Translations under genes and position numbers: made by a program | The notes under the pieces: model-generated | Told to the model about the DNA's origin: nothing | Databases searched by the model: none | Seen by the model: the letters and a program-made list of their open reading frames with translations, nothing else | Shown here: piece after piece, positions 40,319-50,530 of the stretch | Numbering within the stretch: the stretch's first letter is position 1 | Layout: every line of letters begins with the position of its first letter | NCBI GenBank assembly: GCA_963664825.1 | Contig: OY761614.1 | Coordinates: 2,688,001-2,752,000 of the forward strand | Reading direction: 5' to 3' | From: an uncultured Holophaga sp. | GTDB taxonomy: Bacteria; Acidobacteriota; Holophagae; Holophagales; Holophagaceae | Length of the DNA stretch: 64,000 nt

Positions 40319-41062
40319 CTAGCCTTGGCGGGTGGGGTGGCCTTTCCCTCGGAGGGTGGAGCCTCTCCGGCCTCCCCCGGAAAAGATATCTTCGAATTGG
40401 CGGATGGCGATGGGGTCCCCTTCCCGGCGGAGGGGACCCCGGAATTCCAGGGGATCGATCTGGGCGAATTCCCCGCCCTTGGCGATGTTATCGGTGATGT
40501 AGGCGATGAATTCCTGTTGGCGGTGGCGGATGTAACCCCGGAAGGGCCTGGAGATGAGGCTCAGGAGGGCCGAATCCAGGGCGGTCCAGGTCTGGAGGTG
40601 GCTCTCAAAGCCCTTGGGCCCCTCCCAATAGCGGTAGATGACGACCATCCTGGCCCCGACGGCGAAGGGATTGCTCATGCGGCCCTTCTCGACTCGGCCA
40701 TCGACCAGGTAGACCCTCAGGCCCGGCTGCCGGTGGGCCAGGGTGAGGGTGCCTCGGAGGCCGCGCCCATCATCGATGGTCAGCTGGCCGCTGGGCAATT
40801 CGAAGGCGTAGAGCCCCGGCGCGAACTGGCAGTGCCGCCACATGGCCGCCGCCACCCGGGGATGATCGAAGAGCTTTTCCATGGTGGCCAGGCGGACCCG
40901 CACGGGCGCGGTGCGGGTCTCGAAGTTGAAGTCCGGCTTATGCAGGATGCTCTCGGCCCAGGCGCGGTGCTGGGGGCTCATGTCGTTGAGGGGCACCTGG
41001 GCCCCCAAACTGCCAGACAAGAGCAGAAATCCGAGCATCCATGGTGCGCGACGGAATCCCAT
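40319..41062 (-). CDS. Hypothetical exported protein
   Basis: Signal-peptide-like N-terminus; host-like codon usage. Confidence 0.7.
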   Translation of the reverse strand: MGFRRAPWMLGFLLLSGSLGAQVPLNDMSPQHRAWAESILHKPDFNFETRTAPVRVRLATMEKLFDHPRVAAAMWRHCQFAPGLYAFELPSGQLTIDDGRGLRGTLTLAHRQPGLRVYLVDGRVEKGRMSNPFAVGARMVVIYRYWEGPKGFESHLQTWTALDSALLSLISRPFRGYIRHRQQEFIAYITDNIAKGGEFAQIDPLEFRGPLRREGDPIAIRQFEDIFSGGGRRGSTLRGKGHPTRQG

Positions 41063-41099
41063 GTCTCGAGCCTAGCTCATGTGCCGCGGGGAAGCCAGA

Positions 41100-41879
41100 C
41101 TACTCGCCCCGGAAGACGGGCGCTCGCTTCTCCAGGAAGGACTGGATGCCCTCCCGGTAGTCCCGGCCTTCATACACCTTGCGCCGCAGGCCCTGGATGC
41201 TCTCGAACATGTTGGGGGGCAGGGGGCTGGCGTTGCCCAGGAGGCGGAAGCTCTCCTTCATGGCGGCGATGGAGAGGGGACTATTGCGGGTGATCTTCTC
41301 GGCCAGATCGAAGGTGAAGGCCTCCAGATCCTCGCTGGGGCGCAGGTGGTTGAGGATGCCCACTTCCAGCGCCCGCTGGGCCGGGATGGGCTGGGCGCTG
41401 AAGAACATCTCCTTGGCGGTGTTGATGCCCAGGATGTTCATGAAGCGCAGGAGACCGCTGGGATTGTACGGCACGCCGATCTTGGCTGGGGTCATGGTGA
41501 ACTGGGCCTGGGGGCTGCCGATGAGGACATCGCAGGTGAGGGCCACATCGCAGGCCCCGCCCCACACGCTGCCATCGATCATGGCGATGACGGGCATGGG
41601 CAGGTGCTGGATCTCCCGCAGGATGCGCACCAGCGGATCGTCGTAGCCCAGCGGGTCCCGACCGGGCAGGGGCAGTTCCCGCACATCGTGGCCGGAGCTC
41701 CAGACCTTGGCGCCCTCGAAGGCCCGCAGGATGATGACCCGAGCCCGGGCCTCGCGCATCTCCTCGAAGGCGTCGAACATCTCGCTGATCATCGTCTCCG
41801 AGAGCGCGTTGCGGTGCTCGGGATGATCCATGGTGACGGTGCCGATGAAGCCGTCGAGGTGGCTCTGGATCATGGCCAT
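41100..41879 (-). CDS. scpB: Methylmalonyl-CoA decarboxylase (crotonase family)
   Basis: KVWSSGHDV.ELP..GRDPL, GSVWGGA, MTPAKIGVPY. Confidence 0.88.
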   Translation of the reverse strand: MAMIQSHLDGFIGTVTMDHPEHRNALSETMISEMFDAFEEMREARARVIILRAFEGAKVWSSGHDVRELPLPGRDPLGYDDPLVRILREIQHLPMPVIAMIDGSVWGGACDVALTCDVLIGSPQAQFTMTPAKIGVPYNPSGLLRFMNILGINTAKEMFFSAQPIPAQRALEVGILNHLRPSEDLEAFTFDLAEKITRNSPLSIAAMKESFRLLGNASPLPPNMFESIQGLRRKVYEGRDYREGIQSFLEKRAPVFRGE

Positions 41880-41912
41880 GGGGCCTCCCTTAGGGCTGGG
41901 GTCGTGGATGGG

Positions 41913-42389
41913 TCAAGGCTTGATGGGTTCCCAGCGGGTGCGCGCCAGCCAGACCATGACTTCCCGGCCCTGGTCGTCCTTGCCCGCATACTGCAATTTC
42001 ACGGGGCCCTGGGCGTCCTTGCGGGTCACTTTGACGCCAGTCCCCTGGCCCTCCGTGAGAAGCCTGTAGAGGCCTTCGCAGCTGCCCAGCTGGGGCAGGA
42101 AGGGCAGGGGCAGGGCGCCGAGGCTCAGGGCCTTCTCGTCCACGTGCTGCCTGGGGATCTGCACGTGGTATCCGCTGCCCCGGTCTCCGGTGAGCAAGAC
42201 CAGGCGTTCGCCCAGGCCATGGACCTCCAGGATGATCCTGCCGGTGGAGGGGTCCACCAGGAGACTGAGGGTGCCCTTTCCTTCTCCATCGGCCCCGGCA
42301 TAGCCCCACCCGTACTGGGCCCGGAGGGGTTGGGAAGGGGTGGGCGCAGGGGCTTGGGCGAGCTGGGCGGGGGGAACTAGAAAAATCAC
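41913..42389 (-). CDS. Hypothetical beta-rich protein
   Basis: Overlaps the TPR gene stop; host-like codon usage. Confidence 0.65.
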   Translation of the reverse strand: MIFLVPPAQLAQAPAPTPSQPLRAQYGWGYAGADGEGKGTLSLLVDPSTGRIILEVHGLGERLVLLTGDRGSGYHVQIPRQHVDEKALSLGALPLPFLPQLGSCEGLYRLLTEGQGTGVKVTRKDAQGPVKLQYAGKDDQGREVMVWLARTRWEPIKP

Positions 42390-44290
42390 AGGTCGTCATC
42401 CTCTAGGTCGGGCTCGGGCGAAGCCGGTTCTTCTGGATTGGGCTGGATGGCTTCCGCATGTTTCTTGGCGATCCGCGTGCGGAGCTCCCGGGCCCGCTCC
42501 TCCAGGGCCTTGCGGTCCGGGAAGGCATAGGCCAGGGCGCGTTCCCATTGATCGAGGGCTTCCTCCAGGCGCCCCAGGGCCAGGAGGGCATCCCCGAGAT
42601 GCCGCCGGGTTTCCGGGCTGAAGGGGGAGAGCTCGGCGGCCTTGCGCAGGGCCTCTTCGGCCTCTTTGAGCTTGCCCTGACGGAAGAGGGCCCAGCCCCA
42701 GCTATCCATGGTGCTGCCATTCTTGGGGTCCTGCTTGAGGGAAGCCTCGATGAGGGTGGAGGCCTCCTGGAGATCCCCGCCCTTCTCCAGCAGCAGGTAG
42801 CCCAGGTTGTTCTGCAGCATGGGGTGGCCGGGATTCATCCGCTGGCCCTCCCGGAGGATCTGCATGGCCTCGTCCAGGCGCCCCAGTTCCTGGAGCGCGT
42901 TGCCCTGGAGAAGCAGCAGCTCGATATCCCGCACCGGCGCGGCCTTCCGGGCCAGGAGGACGAATTCCAGGCAGCGGTCCCAGCGCCGGAATTCGGCCAG
43001 CAGATTGGCCATGACCTCCAGATCGAGCTGGGTGAGGGTCCTCCGGGATTCCTTCTTGGCGAAGAAACCCTCTTCGAAGCGATCGGCGGGGATGCTCCGG
43101 GCCAGCTGGAAGATGCCCAGATCCGGGAACTGGCTCATACCCTCCCGGAGCACCTGCCGGGCCTGCTTCCAGGACTGGGTCTGGATGTAGGCCTGGGCCC
43201 GCAGGGCCAGGAGCTCCGGCTGCTTTTCTGTTTCGGGCCAGCTTTTGAGGAGCTCCAGCAGTTCCTGGGTGCGCCCGTCCAGCAGCAGGGAGGTGGCCAG
43301 GTGGGCGCGGGCGCTGGAGGCCAACTGCTCGTCCTCCTTGGTGAAACGCTGGGTCTTGAGCACGGCCTGCCAGCGCGGTTCCGCCTCCCTGAAGCGCCCC
43401 AGGTTCATGAGGCACAGGCCCGTGTGGTAGTTCCCCCGGGAGGTGGGGCGGAGTGCCTCGGCCCGCCGGAGGGTCTCCAGGGCCTCTTCGAAGCGGGCGG
43501 TCCGCATCTGGATGAGGGCCACGTTGTCCCAGACTGCGGGTTCCTTGGGCAGGTGATGGCCCAACAGGGCAAAGCTCTCCTCGGCATGGCCCAGGAAGCC
43601 CTTTTCCACCTGCTCCCGGGCCAGGTCTTCCAGGAGGCGGAGGGCATGGGCATCGGGGTATTTGCCCTGGCAGAGGGCCAGGACAGCCTCCCGCCGGGCT
43701 TCGTAGTTCTTGAGGGTCTCGGCCAGGGTGGCCACCCGCTCCCAGGCGATATCACCCAGATCCTTGCCCTGGATGGAGAAGGGGGGGTGCAGCCGCCCCA
43801 CGCGGATCCAGGCCTTCATGGCGACCGCGTCGTCCTTGCGGGTTTCGGCCACTTCGGCCAGGCGGGTCAGGAGCTCCACATCCGTGGGCATGAGGGCCGT
43901 GGCCTTCTGAAGGGCCTTCTGGGCCAGGGGTTGGGCCTCCGGGAGCTTCCTGCTCCGCAGGTAGTGGAGCATCCCCAGGTGGCCCCAGGCCTCTGCGCTG
44001 AAGGGCGCCAGTTCCGTGGCCCGGATGCCCGGCGCCACGGCGCCCTCCAGATCACCGGATTCCAGGAGGGCCTCGGAAAGCCGCAGGTGGGCTTCGGCGC
44101 TCTGGGGTTCCAGGGCGGCGGCTTTGCGATAGAGCAGCACGGCCTGGGCCGGATCATCTCCGCCCCCCCGTCCCTGCAAGGCCCTGCCCTGGAGGATGAG
44201 GGCTCGCGGGTCCTCGGGAGTCTGGGCGGCCAGGGAACAGTCCACCATGCCCAGCAGAACGGGAACGATCAGCGATTTCAATGAGTGCAC
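42386..44290 (-). CDS. Exported tetratricopeptide-repeat protein
   Basis: Many TPRs, NNLGY, DSWGW motifs. Confidence 0.9.
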   Translation of the reverse strand: MHSLKSLIVPVLLGMVDCSLAAQTPEDPRALILQGRALQGRGGGDDPAQAVLLYRKAAALEPQSAEAHLRLSEALLESGDLEGAVAPGIRATELAPFSAEAWGHLGMLHYLRSRKLPEAQPLAQKALQKATALMPTDVELLTRLAEVAETRKDDAVAMKAWIRVGRLHPPFSIQGKDLGDIAWERVATLAETLKNYEARREAVLALCQGKYPDAHALRLLEDLAREQVEKGFLGHAEESFALLGHHLPKEPAVWDNVALIQMRTARFEEALETLRRAEALRPTSRGNYHTGLCLMNLGRFREAEPRWQAVLKTQRFTKEDEQLASSARAHLATSLLLDGRTQELLELLKSWPETEKQPELLALRAQAYIQTQSWKQARQVLREGMSQFPDLGIFQLARSIPADRFEEGFFAKKESRRTLTQLDLEVMANLLAEFRRWDRCLEFVLLARKAAPVRDIELLLLQGNALQELGRLDEAMQILREGQRMNPGHPMLQNNLGYLLLEKGGDLQEASTLIEASLKQDPKNGSTMDSWGWALFRQGKLKEAEEALRKAAELSPFSPETRRHLGDALLALGRLEEALDQWERALAYAFPDRKALEERARELRTRIAKKHAEAIQPNPEEPASPEPDLEDDDL

Positions 44291-44299
44291 GTCATCGTC

Positions 44300-45328
44300 T
44301 CAGGAAAGGGAAGCCAATAGTCGGGCATGGGCAGCGCCCCAGGCTTCGGCCGGGAGGAAGCGCAACTCGGCGGAGCTTCCGGGTCGGGGCAGAACGCAGT
44401 GTATCGCCCCCTCGGTTCCCCGAGAGACTGCCTTTTTGTCCCGGACTAGCCAGGGGAGGCATCGGTCCCAGGAGGCGATCTCTGGGGCCAGGGGGGCTAG
44501 GCGCTGAACGCAGCGCTGGAGCAGGTCTGCGGGGAAGGGAGGGAATCCTTGGGCTTCGGCCAGGAAACAGGCCGCCAGGGTGCCGAGGCCCACGGCTTCC
44601 CCGTGGAGGAGTCGGTACTCGGAAGCCGCTTCCAGCGCGTGTCCCAGGGTGTGGCCCAGGTTCAGGAGCTTGCGCTCCCCGGATTCCCGCAGATCCCGGT
44701 GGACGTGGCGGGCCTTGATGGAAAGGGCGCGCACGAGGGAGGCTTCCGAAGGCCTGGGTTCGTCTAAAATCTGCCCGGCCCAGGCCCCGTCGCCCACCAG
44801 GAGGGCGGTTTTAAGCAGTTCCCAGCGGCCGGATGCGAGGTGTCGGGCCGGAAGGGATTCCAGGAAGTCCCTGCACACCACCAAGCGCTGGGGTGGGTGG
44901 AAGGCGCCGGCCAGGTTCTTCCCGGCCGACAGATTGACGGCGGTCTTGCCCCCCAGACCGGCGTCGACCTGGGCCAGCAGGGTGGTGGGCCAGGCCTGCC
45001 AGGCCAGGCCCCGGAGGAAGAGGGAGGCCGCCAGTCCCACCATGTCCGTGAGGACGCCGCCCCCTAAGGCCACCACCACCGCATCCCTGTGCAGGGGGAG
45101 GGTGGCCCAGTGTTCCAGCCAGGGCAGGAGGGTCTCCAGACGCTTGTGGGATTCCTCCACCCGCACCCAGAGGGTGCCCGGGGGCTCCGGCAGGGCCGAG
45201 TTCCGCCAAAACGGGCGCAGGGCCTCATCCCCGATGAGCACCCAGGGACCCTCGGGTAGCAGACCGGCCGTGGGCGCGTCCAGGACATGGACCTCGGTGG
45301 GGAAGGATGCGGGAAGGGGTAATCTCAT
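44300..45328 (-). CDS. aroB: 3-dehydroquinate synthase
   Basis: GGGVLTD, PTTLLAQVD.GLGGK, LNLGHTLGHALE, HGEAV. Confidence 0.93.
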   Translation of the reverse strand: MRLPLPASFPTEVHVLDAPTAGLLPEGPWVLIGDEALRPFWRNSALPEPPGTLWVRVEESHKRLETLLPWLEHWATLPLHRDAVVVALGGGVLTDMVGLAASLFLRGLAWQAWPTTLLAQVDAGLGGKTAVNLSAGKNLAGAFHPPQRLVVCRDFLESLPARHLASGRWELLKTALLVGDGAWAGQILDEPRPSEASLVRALSIKARHVHRDLRESGERKLLNLGHTLGHALEAASEYRLLHGEAVGLGTLAACFLAEAQGFPPFPADLLQRCVQRLAPLAPEIASWDRCLPWLVRDKKAVSRGTEGAIHCVLPRPGSSAELRFLPAEAWGAAHARLLASLS

Positions 45329-45333
45329 GGGGC

Positions 45334-45849
45334 TCAGAGGCGTTCCCTGTATGCGTCCACGTCGCCGGGATCCTTCTGAAACTTTTCCACGAACTGGTCC
45401 AGCTCGATGTAGCGGTCGGCGATATCCATCACGCGGTTGGCCATGGCGCTGCGGAAGCCGGCCACCTCCACCCGGATGCCCTTCTGGGCCAGGGCCGTCA
45501 GGGGATAGGCGAAGTCCTCGTCGCCGCTCACCAGGATCACCAGGTCCAGCTTGTCGGCGTAGCTCAGCATATCGGTGGTGATCTCGACTTCGAGGTTGGC
45601 GCTCCGGGTGCCATCGCGCTCGATCTTCACGGCCTTTTGCACCACCCGGAAGCCATTGCGGCGCATCCAGTGGAGGAAGCCCCGCTGGCGATCCGCCCCC
45701 TCGTCGACGCCCGTGTAGAAAAAGGCCCGCAGGAGTTCGCGGTCCTCACCCACCAGGAAAGTCAGCAATCTGGCGTAGTCCAGCTCGAAGCCCAGCTGGC
45801 GGGCGGAATGGAAGATGTTATTGCCATCGATGAAAACCGCACAGCGCAT
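45334..45849 (-). CDS. NYN/LabA domain protein
   Basis: FIDGNN, LVSGDEDF. Confidence 0.9.
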   Translation of the reverse strand: MRCAVFIDGNNIFHSARQLGFELDYARLLTFLVGEDRELLRAFFYTGVDEGADRQRGFLHWMRRNGFRVVQKAVKIERDGTRSANLEVEITTDMLSYADKLDLVILVSGDEDFAYPLTALAQKGIRVEVAGFRSAMANRVMDIADRYIELDQFVEKFQKDPGDVDAYRERL

Positions 45850-46028
45850 CAAGAGAGGGATCCTTCTATCAAGGGGAGGCGAGCCTCCGGGAACGGGAAT
45901 AGGCGCCTGTCATGGCCCAGCTCCATGATGCCAGGGCAGAGGACAATCATCGCAGACCGGCGGACTCTGCTGGGTCAGGTGCCTCCTTTCATGGCATGGC
46001 AACCCCCTGGCCGTGGAAGAATGGCTCC

Positions 46029-47801
46029 ATGGCCGACACCTTCTTCCAGAGTGACCAGGTCGATCAGCAGCCCATGCGTCACACGCTGCTCTTCCGGCTG
46101 GTGGGATACCTGAAACCCTACTGGTTCTCCCTGCTGGTGCTGCTGGTGCTGATGGTGGCCGGGGCCGTCTTGGAGGTGCTGCCCAGCGAATTCACCCTCC
46201 GGCTCATCGATCACCATCTGGCCAAGGGCTCCCTCGCCGGGGCGGGGCCCCTCATTGGGGCCTTCTTCGGCTTCCTGGCCCTGGCCTTCCTGGTCAATAT
46301 CACCCGCTACCTCCTGCTGGGATGGGTGGGCCAGATGGCGATGCTCGATCTGCGGATGCAGCTCTTCGCCCACCTCATGCGCCGGAGCACCCACTTCTTC
46401 CACCGGAACCCCGTGGGCCGCCTGATGACTCGGGTGATCAGCGATGTGCAGAACCTCAACGAGATGTTCTCCTCGGGTTTCGTGGCCATCGTGGGGGACG
46501 CGCTTTCGCTCTTGGCCATCGTGCTCTGGATGTTCAGCAAACACGTGGGCCTGGCGGCCGTGGCCCTGGCGATCCTGCCGGTGCTCCTCATCGCCACGGA
46601 AGTCTTCCGCCGCCACGCCGGAGACGCCTTCCGGGAGACCCAAGGGCGCTATGCCGCCATCCAGGCTTATCTCCAGGAGCAGCTCTCGGGCATGAGCCTG
46701 GTCCAGCTCAATGCTCGGGAGGCCCAGAGCCGCTCGGTCTTCACGGGGCTGAACCAGAAGTACCTCGCGGCCTTCATCCGCACGATCTTCGCCTATGCGG
46801 TCTTCTTCCCAGTGGTGGAATTCATCACCAGCGCCACCCTGGCGGCCCTCATCTTCTACGCGGGCTTCAAACTGCAGAGCGGGGCCCTCACCCTGGGCCT
46901 GCTCCTGGCCTTCATCCAGCAATCGGCCCGCTTCTTCAGGCCCATCCGGGAGCTGGCGGAGCGCTATAACGTCATGCAGACGGCCATGGCTTCCAGCGAG
47001 CGCATCTTCCGCCTCCTGGATAACCGCGAGGAGATCCCCGAGGCCCCGGATCCCAAGCCCGCGCGCTTCCAGCAGGAACTCCGCTTCGAGGAGGTCTCCT
47101 TTGCCTACGAAGAAAAGGGACGGCGGGTGGTGCAGCAGTTCTCCGGGGCCATTCCCAAGGGCCGCCGCATCGCCGTGGTGGGCCATACGGGAGCTGGCAA
47201 GAGCACCCTCATCAATCTGCTCATGCGTTTCTACGACGTGGCCGAGGGGCGCATCCTGCTGGATGGGATCGATCTGCGCGAGCTGCGCCTGAAGGAATTG
47301 CGGGCGCTCTTCGGCCTGGTACTCCAGGACGTGTTCATCTTCTCCGGCACCCTGGAGGACAACATCCTCCTGGAAAGGCCCCGGGACGCCCGGCGCCTGC
47401 AATTGGTGCTGGAACAGAGCCAGTTGGACGACCTGGTGGGCCGCCTGCCCGAGGGGCTCCAGACCCAGGTGGGCGAGCGGGGGCAGAAGCTCTCGGCCGG
47501 CGAACGCCAGCTGGTGGCCTTCGCCCGGATGCTCTACGAAGAACCCGCCATCTTGCTGCTGGATGAGGCCACGGCCAATATCGATAGCGAAACCGAGCAC
47601 AAGATCCAGACCGTCATCGAGCGGGTCAGCCACCGCCTGACCACCTTCACCATCGCCCACCGCCTGAGCACCATCAAGGATGCCGACGAGATCTGGGTGA
47701 TGGACCAGGGGCGCCTGATCGAACGGGGCACCCACGAGACCCTGATGGACCAGGATGGCCACTACGCCAAGCTCGTGAGGCTCCAGTTCAGCGAGGCTTG
47801 A
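46029..47801 (+). CDS. ABC transporter permease/ATPase (exporter)
   Basis: TM domain, GHTGAGKS, LSAGERQ, LDEATA. Confidence 0.95.
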   Translation: MADTFFQSDQVDQQPMRHTLLFRLVGYLKPYWFSLLVLLVLMVAGAVLEVLPSEFTLRLIDHHLAKGSLAGAGPLIGAFFGFLALAFLVNITRYLLLGWVGQMAMLDLRMQLFAHLMRRSTHFFHRNPVGRLMTRVISDVQNLNEMFSSGFVAIVGDALSLLAIVLWMFSKHVGLAAVALAILPVLLIATEVFRRHAGDAFRETQGRYAAIQAYLQEQLSGMSLVQLNAREAQSRSVFTGLNQKYLAAFIRTIFAYAVFFPVVEFITSATLAALIFYAGFKLQSGALTLGLLLAFIQQSARFFRPIRELAERYNVMQTAMASSERIFRLLDNREEIPEAPDPKPARFQQELRFEEVSFAYEEKGRRVVQQFSGAIPKGRRIAVVGHTGAGKSTLINLLMRFYDVAEGRILLDGIDLRELRLKELRALFGLVLQDVFIFSGTLEDNILLERPRDARRLQLVLEQSQLDDLVGRLPEGLQTQVGERGQKLSAGERQLVAFARMLYEEPAILLLDEATANIDSETEHKIQTVIERVSHRLTTFTIAHRLSTIKDADEIWVMDQGRLIERGTHETLMDQDGHYAKLVRLQFSEA

Positions 47802-47862
47802 TCCGAACGCTGAATCCGGTTCCCAGTTGCCTGCCACAAAGCCCGTGCTGAAGGGCGAAGCG

Positions 47863-47917
47863 GATGCGGGTCACGAGTGGGCAGCCCGGTGGGCTGTCCC
47901 GAGTGGGGCCCCGCATC
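47863..47917. repeat. Hairpin element, type B copy 2, between 13-bp direct repeats
   Basis: GATGCGGG-TCACG..GGGCAGCCC-GGT-GGGCTGTCC-CGAGTG..CCCGCATC; flanking CCCGTGCTGAAGG at 47842-47854 and 47953-47965. Confidence 0.65.
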
Positions 47918-49160
47918 GCTGAGCATCACTTTCAAGGGAACCGGCGGCATGCCCCGTGCTGAAGGCCGCCTGGAGGTTGTAGCCTCCCACCGGTCCATCG
48001 ATATCCAGGAGTTCGCCGCAGACCCGCAGGTTCTCCCAGCCCTTCAGGGCCATGGTGTGCGGATCCACCGCCTCCAGGCAGACGCCTCCGGCGGCCACTT
48101 CCCCCCGGGAGAGTGGCACGGCCTTGGGTTCGCCCAGGGGAAAGCCGCGCACCAGGGAGATCACTTGGCGCCGGGCCTCCCGGGGCAGATCCTTCATGCG
48201 CTGATCCCCGGAGAGGCCCAGACCCGTGATGGCAGGCAGGCAGAGGCGCTCGGGCAGGAGGCGCTGGAGCCAGGTGCGCAGGGCCAGATGGGGGTTGCCG
48301 CTCTGGAGGCGCTGGAGTTCCATATCCAGCGCCTCTTCGCTGGCCGGGCTCAGCGCGTATTCGAGCCAGGCGGCCCCCGCCCGGCGAGAGGCTTCCACCT
48401 CCCGACTCAGCCCCAGGGCGGCCGGGCCGCTGATGCCGTTGCGGGTGAAGAGCAGATCGCCCGGGCATCCCGCGAGGCGCTTGCCCCCCTGGCCCGCGCG
48501 CAGGTGAAGCGTGCCTCCCCGCAGGGCCACGCCTTCCCATGGGGGATGGGGCCGCGCCAGGGGCACGGGGGCGAGCGCCGGACACCAGGGCTTCACGGGA
48601 ATGCCGAGCCCCTTCAGGGCCTCCAGCAGCTCGCCCCGGGACCCGGTCTCCGGGTAGCTGGCCCCTCCTGCGGCCAGCACGAAGAGATCGGCCCTCAGGC
48701 ACACGCCATCCGCCAGCTCGAGGGCCTCCATGCGGGGGGCCTCGCCCCGCAGTCCCCGCACCCGTGCGTGCAGGCGCACATCCACACCGGCGCGATGCAG
48801 GAGCGTTTCGAATACCGTCACCACATCCATGGCCGAACCTGGGCGATCCAGAGGGAAGACCCGGCCGTTCTCGCGCACATAGGTCTCCACGCCTTCCCGG
48901 CCCAGGAGGGTGCGGAGTTCTTCGCTGCCGAAGGCGTGGAAGGCCGGTCGCAGGAAGCGGGCCTGTTCCTTGCCGAAGGGGGTCAGTACGTCCTTGACCG
49001 AACCGGTGTGGGTGAGATTGCACTTGCCGCCGCCGCTGATGCGCAGTTTCACGCCCAGGCGTCCGTTGCCTTCGAGGAGGGTCACGGCGTGGCCGAGGGC
49101 CGCGGCCCGCCAGGCCGCCATCATGCCCGCCGCCCCACCGCCCAGCACCATCACATGCAT
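47871..49160 (-). CDS. HI0933/BaiN-family flavoprotein
   Basis: GGGAAG, SGGGKCN, GRVFP, GE.LDIDGPVGGYNLQAAFSTG. Confidence 0.93.
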   Translation of the reverse strand: MHVMVLGGGAAGMMAAWRAAALGHAVTLLEGNGRLGVKLRISGGGKCNLTHTGSVKDVLTPFGKEQARFLRPAFHAFGSEELRTLLGREGVETYVRENGRVFPLDRPGSAMDVVTVFETLLHRAGVDVRLHARVRGLRGEAPRMEALELADGVCLRADLFVLAAGGASYPETGSRGELLEALKGLGIPVKPWCPALAPVPLARPHPPWEGVALRGGTLHLRAGQGGKRLAGCPGDLLFTRNGISGPAALGLSREVEASRRAGAAWLEYALSPASEEALDMELQRLQSGNPHLALRTWLQRLLPERLCLPAITGLGLSGDQRMKDLPREARRQVISLVRGFPLGEPKAVPLSRGEVAAGGVCLEAVDPHTMALKGWENLRVCGELLDIDGPVGGYNLQAAFSTGHAAGSLESDAQRCGAPLGTAHRAAHS

Positions 49161-49170
49161 GGAGAATCCT

Positions 49171-50478
49171 TCAGGACTGGAGCATCTGGGCCAATTTGCC
49201 GAGGATGGCGGTGGCCGAGGCCTTCCGGGGCACCATCATCCCCACCAGCGGGCCCTTGAACCCCACCTGGCGCAGGGCGGCCATGCGCGCTTCGAGCTTC
49301 GCCTTGTCCAGCCCCGGCAGGACCACGACGAAGGAGCGCTCCGCCACCCGGCAGATGGCTTCCCCCGGAAGCAGGGTGGAGTTCAGCAGTTTTGCCGTCC
49401 CATCGATGGCCTCTTTCGAGGCGGTCCATTCTTTGGAGGCAGGCCCGCCGCCGGCGGCCATGAGGGCGAGGGGCAGCTCCGTTTTCGCGAGGGTCTTCTG
49501 GAGCAGCTCCAGGTGAGCCTCCAGGAAGGCATCGGTGAAGGCACCGGTCTGGGGATCCAGCAGCAGATGCTTGCCGGTGCCGAAGCGATTCATGTCCCGC
49601 TCCCGGAGCAGGGCCCCGTGGCGCAGGAGCACCTCCACCCTCACCCTCAGCTCCGCGGGCTGGAAGGGCTTGGTGAGGTAGTCGATGGGCCCATCACCCG
49701 AAAGGATCTCCTTTCCCAGGGCGCTGGGGGCGCAGAGGATGAGCACAGGCAGATCGCGGCTGCGGGCGTAGTTGCGCAGGTGCGCGGCGAAGGCCGTGCC
49801 GCTGCCGTCCGAAAGCTGATGATCCAGGATCATGAGATCCGGTAGGCCAGAGCCCAGATGCTTGACGCAAGCCTGGAGGCTTTCGGCGCCCTGGGCGTCG
49901 TGGCCCAGGCCACGCAGTTCCCCGAGCATGGTTTCCCGGAGACCGGGTTCGGATTCCACCAGCAGGATTCGTGCGGGTTTGTTCTTCTCCCACTGCCAGT
50001 CCCGCTGCCGGGTCTGAAGGCGTCGGCGCTCCGCCAGCAGGCTCTTGATGAGGAGATGACTGCGGATCCGGGAACGCAGTTCCACGAAATTGGTCGGCTT
50101 ATTGAGAAAATCGTCGGCGCCACAGGCGAAGCTCTGTTCCTTGGCCGCGCCCTGGAGGGATGTGAGATGGATCACCGGGATATCGTGGGTCTCCAGGTTG
50201 CCCTTGATGCGACGGCAGACCTCCAGGCCGTCCATGCGAGGCATCACGATATCGAGCAGCACCAGATCCGGGTGGGTCTTATCCAGCACCTCCAGGGCCT
50301 CGATGCCGTCGTTGGCGAAGAGCAGGCGGCAGCCCAGGCGCGAGAGTTGGGCCTCCATGTAGCGCCGGACCACGGGGTCGTCGTCCACCACGAGGATGGC
50401 TCGGAGGGCCGTGTCATCGGTATCGATTGTCTGAAAATCCATGTCCCGATTGTGCCGCTCGGGGAAGGTGGCGTCCAT
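49171..50478 (-). CDS. PleD-like response regulator (two REC + degenerate GGDEF-like)
   Basis: VVDDD, LLDIVMPRMDG; second REC; DPQTG and CRVAERSF; start may instead be 50442. Confidence 0.85.
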   Translation of the reverse strand: MDATFPERHNRDMDFQTIDTDDTALRAILVVDDDPVVRRYMEAQLSRLGCRLLFANDGIEALEVLDKTHPDLVLLDIVMPRMDGLEVCRRIKGNLETHDIPVIHLTSLQGAAKEQSFACGADDFLNKPTNFVELRSRIRSHLLIKSLLAERRRLQTRQRDWQWEKNKPARILLVESEPGLRETMLGELRGLGHDAQGAESLQACVKHLGSGLPDLMILDHQLSDGSGTAFAAHLRNYARSRDLPVLILCAPSALGKEILSGDGPIDYLTKPFQPAELRVRVEVLLRHGALLRERDMNRFGTGKHLLLDPQTGAFTDAFLEAHLELLQKTLAKTELPLALMAAGGGPASKEWTASKEAIDGTAKLLNSTLLPGEAICRVAERSFVVVLPGLDKAKLEARMAALRQVGFKGPLVGMMVPRKASATAILGKLAQMLQS

Positions 50479-50530
50479 GGCTGGGATAGAATCGAAAGTT
50501 CCTGGTCGTCTCCGGAGTCGCGCATGCATT

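Noticed and set aside
47820..47965. Diversity-generating retroelement TR/VR pair
   Set aside because: Repeat is short, differences are not adenine-specific, and no reverse transcriptase is in the window
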